From: an uncultured Actinomycetes bacterium
GTDB lineage: Bacteria; Actinomycetota; Thermoleophilia; RBG-16-64-13
NCBI GenBank assembly: GCA_963841735.1
Contig: CAWJDT010000007.1
Span: forward strand, 24,499 to 88,498
DNA: 64,000 bases
Direction: 5' to 3'
Part shown: positions 59,894 through 64,000 of the stretch, in pieces
How positions within the stretch are numbered: the stretch's first letter is position 1
Layout: each line of letters opens with the position of its first letter
Made by a program: the position numbers and the translations under genes
Notes under the pieces: generated by a model
Told to the model about the DNA's origin: nothing
The model's input: only the letters and a program-made list of their open reading frames with translations
Databases searched by the model: none

Positions 59894-60448
59894 CTATTCC
59901 TCTTCCTCGCTGAGATTATCAATATTGTCGAAATCAGGTAAGGTCTCCTCATCATCCTCGCTGAGAAAGAGATCATCAACCTCCGGTTCATCATCATCGT
60001 CCTCATCAGCAACAACAATATTATTATAAAGCTTGCGTGATGTTCCACCAAATATTACCTGCTTGGGTGGTACTCCTTTTGAGTTTGTGCATACAGGCAG
60101 GTCGCGTCCTTCAATCTCTTTGGTCTCACCCGTATACTCAACAAAGAGCGCCCTTTCATTGAAGAAATCGAAAACATAAAGTAATTTCTGGTTTTTACGG
60201 AAGATTAAATCTTCAAGCACTGCTGTTTCCATGGTGGAAGAACCAGTACCCATATCAAACAGAGTAAACTCCTCCTCTTTTTCCCAGTTGTCTGTGGCCA
60301 TAAAAAAAGAAGCCATTTGTGACTTGTCAAACTCAAGTTCATCTTGTATCAGGTTGTGAAAATCCAACAAAGTATGGGTGTCGAGAAATTCAAACTCCCT
60401 TACAAACGACTCATCCTCATCTGATAACACTACAAATTTATAAACCAT
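59894..60448 (-). CDS. Conserved Bacteroidota protein (pRiA4b ORF-3 / 'IS1096 passenger TnpR'-like) with acidic tail
   Basis: VYKF...SDE...FVRE, WEKEEEFTL.DM, KLLYVFD; position upstream of miaA. Confidence 0.75.
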   Translation of the reverse strand: MVYKFVVLSDEDESFVREFEFLDTHTLLDFHNLIQDELEFDKSQMASFFMATDNWEKEEEFTLFDMGTGSSTMETAVLEDLIFRKNQKLLYVFDFFNERALFVEYTGETKEIEGRDLPVCTNSKGVPPKQVIFGGTSRKLYNNIVVADEDDDDEPEVDDLFLSEDDEETLPDFDNIDNLSEEEE

Positions 60449-60485
60449 AATTTTTTAAAATTCGATGGGTGCAATATAATATTTT

Positions 60486-61536
60486 TTATATTACAATATT
60501 CCTGATGATTTTATTTTTAAAAGAAAATCTATTGTATCTGTTCCGTCAGCATAATCCCATAATGCAGGCTTTTGTGATTTTCCGAACGGAATGTTTCCTG
60601 ATCCTGCAATACATTGTATTTATTTTTCATTTCTTCAATCTGTTGCATAAGGGAGTCGTATGAGTTATAAAACTCATAATATAATACTGAAACAGGCGAA
60701 GATAAACCTTTTTCTTCTTTTAAAAGGAGGTGGCCCGTATCGAGAAATTTAACCTTGTTAACCAGGTAAACGGCCTTATTGAAATCATAGTTGTTTGCAT
60801 ATTTATTATTCTGTATTACCTCTGAATATTTTTCCCAGATATTTAGTAGTTTATTCAGATCATATCCAAACGGAAAATAAATCTTGGATACATTTCTGCA
60901 TCCAAGCCCGAAGTAAGTGAATACGTCATTGCCAAGCTCGAGGAGGTCCATTTCAGTTTCATCTCCTGTCAGAATTGCTATACTGTTCCTGTTCCTGCGT
61001 ATAATACTGGGGCATCTGGAAAAATAGTATTCGAAGTATCTTGAGCTGTTATTGCTTCCAGTGGCAATTACAGCATCGAATCCTGACAGCGTTCCGTCGG
61101 TAAATATTATCAAATCATTGAATCCTGAATTGATTGAGCAAAGCAATTCACCTATATATAATATCAGCCCGGTATCTTTAGAACTTGTTTTAGCTAAAAC
61201 ACGGTTGCCTGTGATCAATACACTCAGAAAATCATGAAAACCCACAAGAGGTATATTACCTGCCATTATTATTCCAACAGTAGCTGCAGGTCTTTCGTTC
61301 ATCAGTCCGGGATACTTGCCTGTCCATATTGAAAGATTGTCAGCTGTAAGTTCATTTGCTATCGCTTCTATGGCATTTGTTACATTTCCGGGAGTGAACC
61401 AGGCATTTCTGTACTGTTGGCTATTTATTAACTCTGACAGTAGCGGGTCACCGTTCTTATCAGGTCCGGGAAGTGCATTTCTCAAACGCTCACCTAGCTC
61501 CGCAAATGCAGATATTCTTTCCTTAAGCTTCATCAT
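60486..61536 (-). CDS. Acyl-CoA reductase (LuxC-like), Bacteroidota type; frameshift near 60610
   Basis: NAWFT, IMAGNIPLVGFHD, ATGSNNSSRYF, YFGLGCRNVSK; repaired C-terminus FGKSQKPALWDYADG. Confidence 0.88.
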
Positions 61537-61551
61537 ATCTAAATTCAGATG

Positions 61552-61602
61552 CAAAACTAATGAATTAGTATGACAAAACTAACCCCGGACTTCAGCCCGG
61601 GG
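61552..61602 (-). terminator. Hairpin terminator after the TonB genes, followed by a -7 element (TAGTTTTG, 61552-61559)
   Basis: CCCCGG/CCGGGG stem 61583-61602 with T-rich tail on the minus strand. Confidence 0.5.
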
Positions 61603-61651
61603 CAGGAACACAACAACTTTGAATACCAGGGTATAATATATATGATGGTAT

Positions 61652-62140
61652 CTACTTCAGCGCAAAGGTTATCGGAACCATATACCATACTGAAACCGGT
61701 TTTCCGTCAACTTTTCCCGGTTCAAAATCAGGCAATGATTCTATTACCCTGAGTGATTCGGCATCAATTTCCGGACTTACACTTTTCAAAATACCACAAC
61801 TTGTGACATTTCCTCTGCTGGTAATACAAAATCTTACAATAACTCTTCCCTGAATACCCTCTTTTTTAGCAACTTCAGGATATTTGACATTATCTCCTAT
61901 GTATTTTAAAAGTGCTGAATCTCCATTGGGGAATACCGGCATCTCATCCACCTCAACCCAGGTGGTGTCGCTTCCGGTCATTGTTGGAACTTTTGGAAAT
62001 GCTGACTTTTCTGCAGCCGGGTCCTCAGAATTTTTTGTATCCCCGCAGGATGAAACCGATACGAATAACAATAGGTGGCAAATGAAAATTGTTAGTATTC
62101 TCAATTTACCCCTCATCACTGAATTAGTTTGTGTTTTCAT
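61652..62140 (-). CDS. TonB C-terminal domain protein, possible lipoprotein
   Basis: VDEMPVFPNG, YPEVA...GIQGRVIVRF, DAESLRVI, PITF; VSSC lipobox-like. Confidence 0.88.
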   Translation of the reverse strand: MKTQTNSVMRGKLRILTIFICHLLLFVSVSSCGDTKNSEDPAAEKSAFPKVPTMTGSDTTWVEVDEMPVFPNGDSALLKYIGDNVKYPEVAKKEGIQGRVIVRFCITSRGNVTSCGILKSVSPEIDAESLRVIESLPDFEPGKVDGKPVSVWYMVPITFALK

Positions 62141-62280
62141 AATTGAGTTATTTAGTTGTAAATGGCAAAAGCAAAATCTAATACCAAATATATAACTAAT
62201 AAAATAGTTATGCAACTAAATAATTAATTATTTTCAGTTTTTTAATTTTTTTCTGAAGAAATTGCATCCTTAACCAAAAC

Positions 62281-62778
62281 CTATTTCAGGGAAAAAGAAA
62301 TTGGGACTTCATACCAGACAGTCACAGCTTTGCCATCGCTGTACCCTGGTTCAAAACGTGTTATAGTTTTAATGACTCTCAGTGCTTCCTCATCCAGAAC
62401 AGGATGGACGCTTTCCTTAACTTCATGTTTGATAACATTTCCCTTATGGGTGACAATGAATTTCACAACTACTCTTCCCTGTATACCGCTATCCCTTGCT
62501 GATTCGGGATAGACCAGGTTTCTGCCAATATAATCAAAGAGTGCTTCTTCATTTCCTGGTAATGTGGGAATACTTCCTGCAAAATTCCAGATTGTATCTG
62601 CACCGGTCATTGAGGGAGCTTTGGGTGGTTGAGGAGGCATTAAGGATGGCGGAGATTCTATTTTTTTTCTATTTCTGTCGCCGCAGCTATAAAACGTCAG
62701 ACTAAAGGCTAGTCCTGCAGTAATTATTATAGCTGATGTATTGTTTACAAGTGAATGCAGCACTCGATTTGTTATCAT
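62281..62778 (-). CDS. TonB C-terminal domain protein, possible lipoprotein
   Basis: FYSC, Pro-rich linker, YPESA...GIQGRVVVKF, LDEEALRVI, PISF. Confidence 0.88.
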   Translation of the reverse strand: MITNRVLHSLVNNTSAIIITAGLAFSLTFYSCGDRNRKKIESPPSLMPPQPPKAPSMTGADTIWNFAGSIPTLPGNEEALFDYIGRNLVYPESARDSGIQGRVVVKFIVTHKGNVIKHEVKESVHPVLDEEALRVIKTITRFEPGYSDGKAVTVWYEVPISFSLK

Positions 62779-62795
62779 TTTTCCGGAAATAAGAA

Positions 62796-64000
62796 TTACC
62801 TCAATTTGAAGGTTAATGGTATCATGTACCAGACAGGAACTGCCTTGCCTCCATTCTTCCCGGGAATAAAGGAAGGAAGTGTTTTTACTACCCTTATTGC
62901 TTCAGCATCAAGTTCAGGATCAACACTGTTCAGTACACTGACCCTGCTTATGGTCCCCCTTTCTGTTATGCAAAAGCGCACAATAACCCTTCCCTGGATA
63001 CCTTTATTTTTAGCATTTTCGGGGTAAACAGTATTTTCTGCAAGATATTGAAGAAGGGAAGCATCACCTCCTGTAAAAACAGGCATCTGCTCAGCTACTG
63101 TAAATGGTTCAGTTAAAATTAGTTCACGATTTTCTGTCTGCCTTCCCATACCTGGTAAATTCTTACTATTGCCTGAATAATCAGGAATATCAGTATAGGC
63201 AGATATGGCCAGGGAAATTATTCCTGCAGCCGGTATTGCAAGCAGAAGTTTCAGGTTTGCAAGTGCAGGAGTGGGCCTCCGGGTCATCATAACCATCCTT
63301 TTTCTGATCATTGAGGGATTTGAAAAACTGTTTGTGAGATTGAAGGCTTTTGTCCGGAAAACCTGGTAGAAAAGGTTCTGATAGCTGGCAACAGGAATCC
63401 CGGTGCAAAGACACTCCTGGTCAGCCTGGTATTCATGAATTGCCCTGAGAGATCTGTCAGTCAGATAAACAACAGGATTAAACCACTGGAAAGATTTTAC
63501 AAGCTCCACTAGAATTATATCGATAAAATGATGTTTCCTAAGATGATTGTTTTCGTGCTTTATAATTTCTTCAACATCACTGCTGTCAAGGTTAGAATTC
63601 AGAAATATATATCCCATTGCTGAAAACCCTGATGTATTGAAGCTATGGAACCTGATAATATCCTGGTTCCTTCCTGTCTGTTTCTGACAATAAGAAATAG
63701 CAGGTTTGCAAGGTTGGTTATTAATTTAAGAATAAAATGACAACACCTGTTATATATATAATGAATATTACCTGCCCTGTATCAAATTTACCAAACCATA
63801 AACCTGTTTGGATATTCTCATGTGCTTCAGCTGAAATGAATACCTCATTGAGCACTATTCCTAAATATTGTCCAGAGGTCTGGAAGTATGGATAGTAATT
63901 GCCGGAAGAATTAATGATGCAAACAGAGCTGTAAGGATAAAAGACCTGTTCCTTCTGTAACTGGTATCTCTGCTAAGAAGGATAAGATAAACCAAGTAAA
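62796..64000 (-). CDS. M56 (BlaR1-type) peptidase fused to TonB C-terminal domain; partial at window edge, frameshift near 63670
   Basis: FYLVY.ILL.RDT.YR.NR.FIL N-terminus, HENNH, WFNP, HEYQAD, IRKRMVM, then TonB_C YPENA...GIQGRV. Confidence 0.88.

Noticed and set aside
59894-60448. Mobile element suggested by the 'IS1096 passenger TnpR'-like protein
   Set aside because: No transposase or inverted repeats; it is a conserved Bacteroidota gene next to miaA

Overview
The window holds two unrelated genomes joined at about 53,780. Left (1-53,779): GC-rich DNA from an actinobacterium, most like anaerobic Thermoleophilia (inferred from the fused PafBC, the CwlM homologue, leaderless promoters and CWB2 domains). 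It carries a CoA-dehydratase activase, smpB/ssrA, envelope genes (degenerate LCP, giant S8 protease, two CapA, CwlM, NlpC/P60), pilT, a fused pafBC divergent from an AddAB/AdnAB-type helicase-nuclease, tRNA-Pro, an ECF sigma/anti-sigma pair, mtnP, greA-lysS and a dcw cluster lacking murD. Right (53,780-64,000): AT-rich Bacteroidota DNA (PFOR, rho, rpoD, rpe, miaA, LuxC-like reductase, three TonB-domain genes) with TAnnTTTG promoters. murC and PFOR are both cut mid-gene at the join, so it is almost certainly an assembly or read chimera. Essential genes contain many single-base frameshifts, consistent with long-read indel error, so coordinates of frameshifted genes are reconstructions. The best biological leads are the divergent pafBC/addAB module with a candidate PafBC -26 element, an unassigned ~260-nt structured RNA at 5,978-6,235 and a catalytically degenerate LCP lipoprotein. 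No CRISPR array, prophage or IS was found. All calls come from reading motifs by eye; no database search was run.
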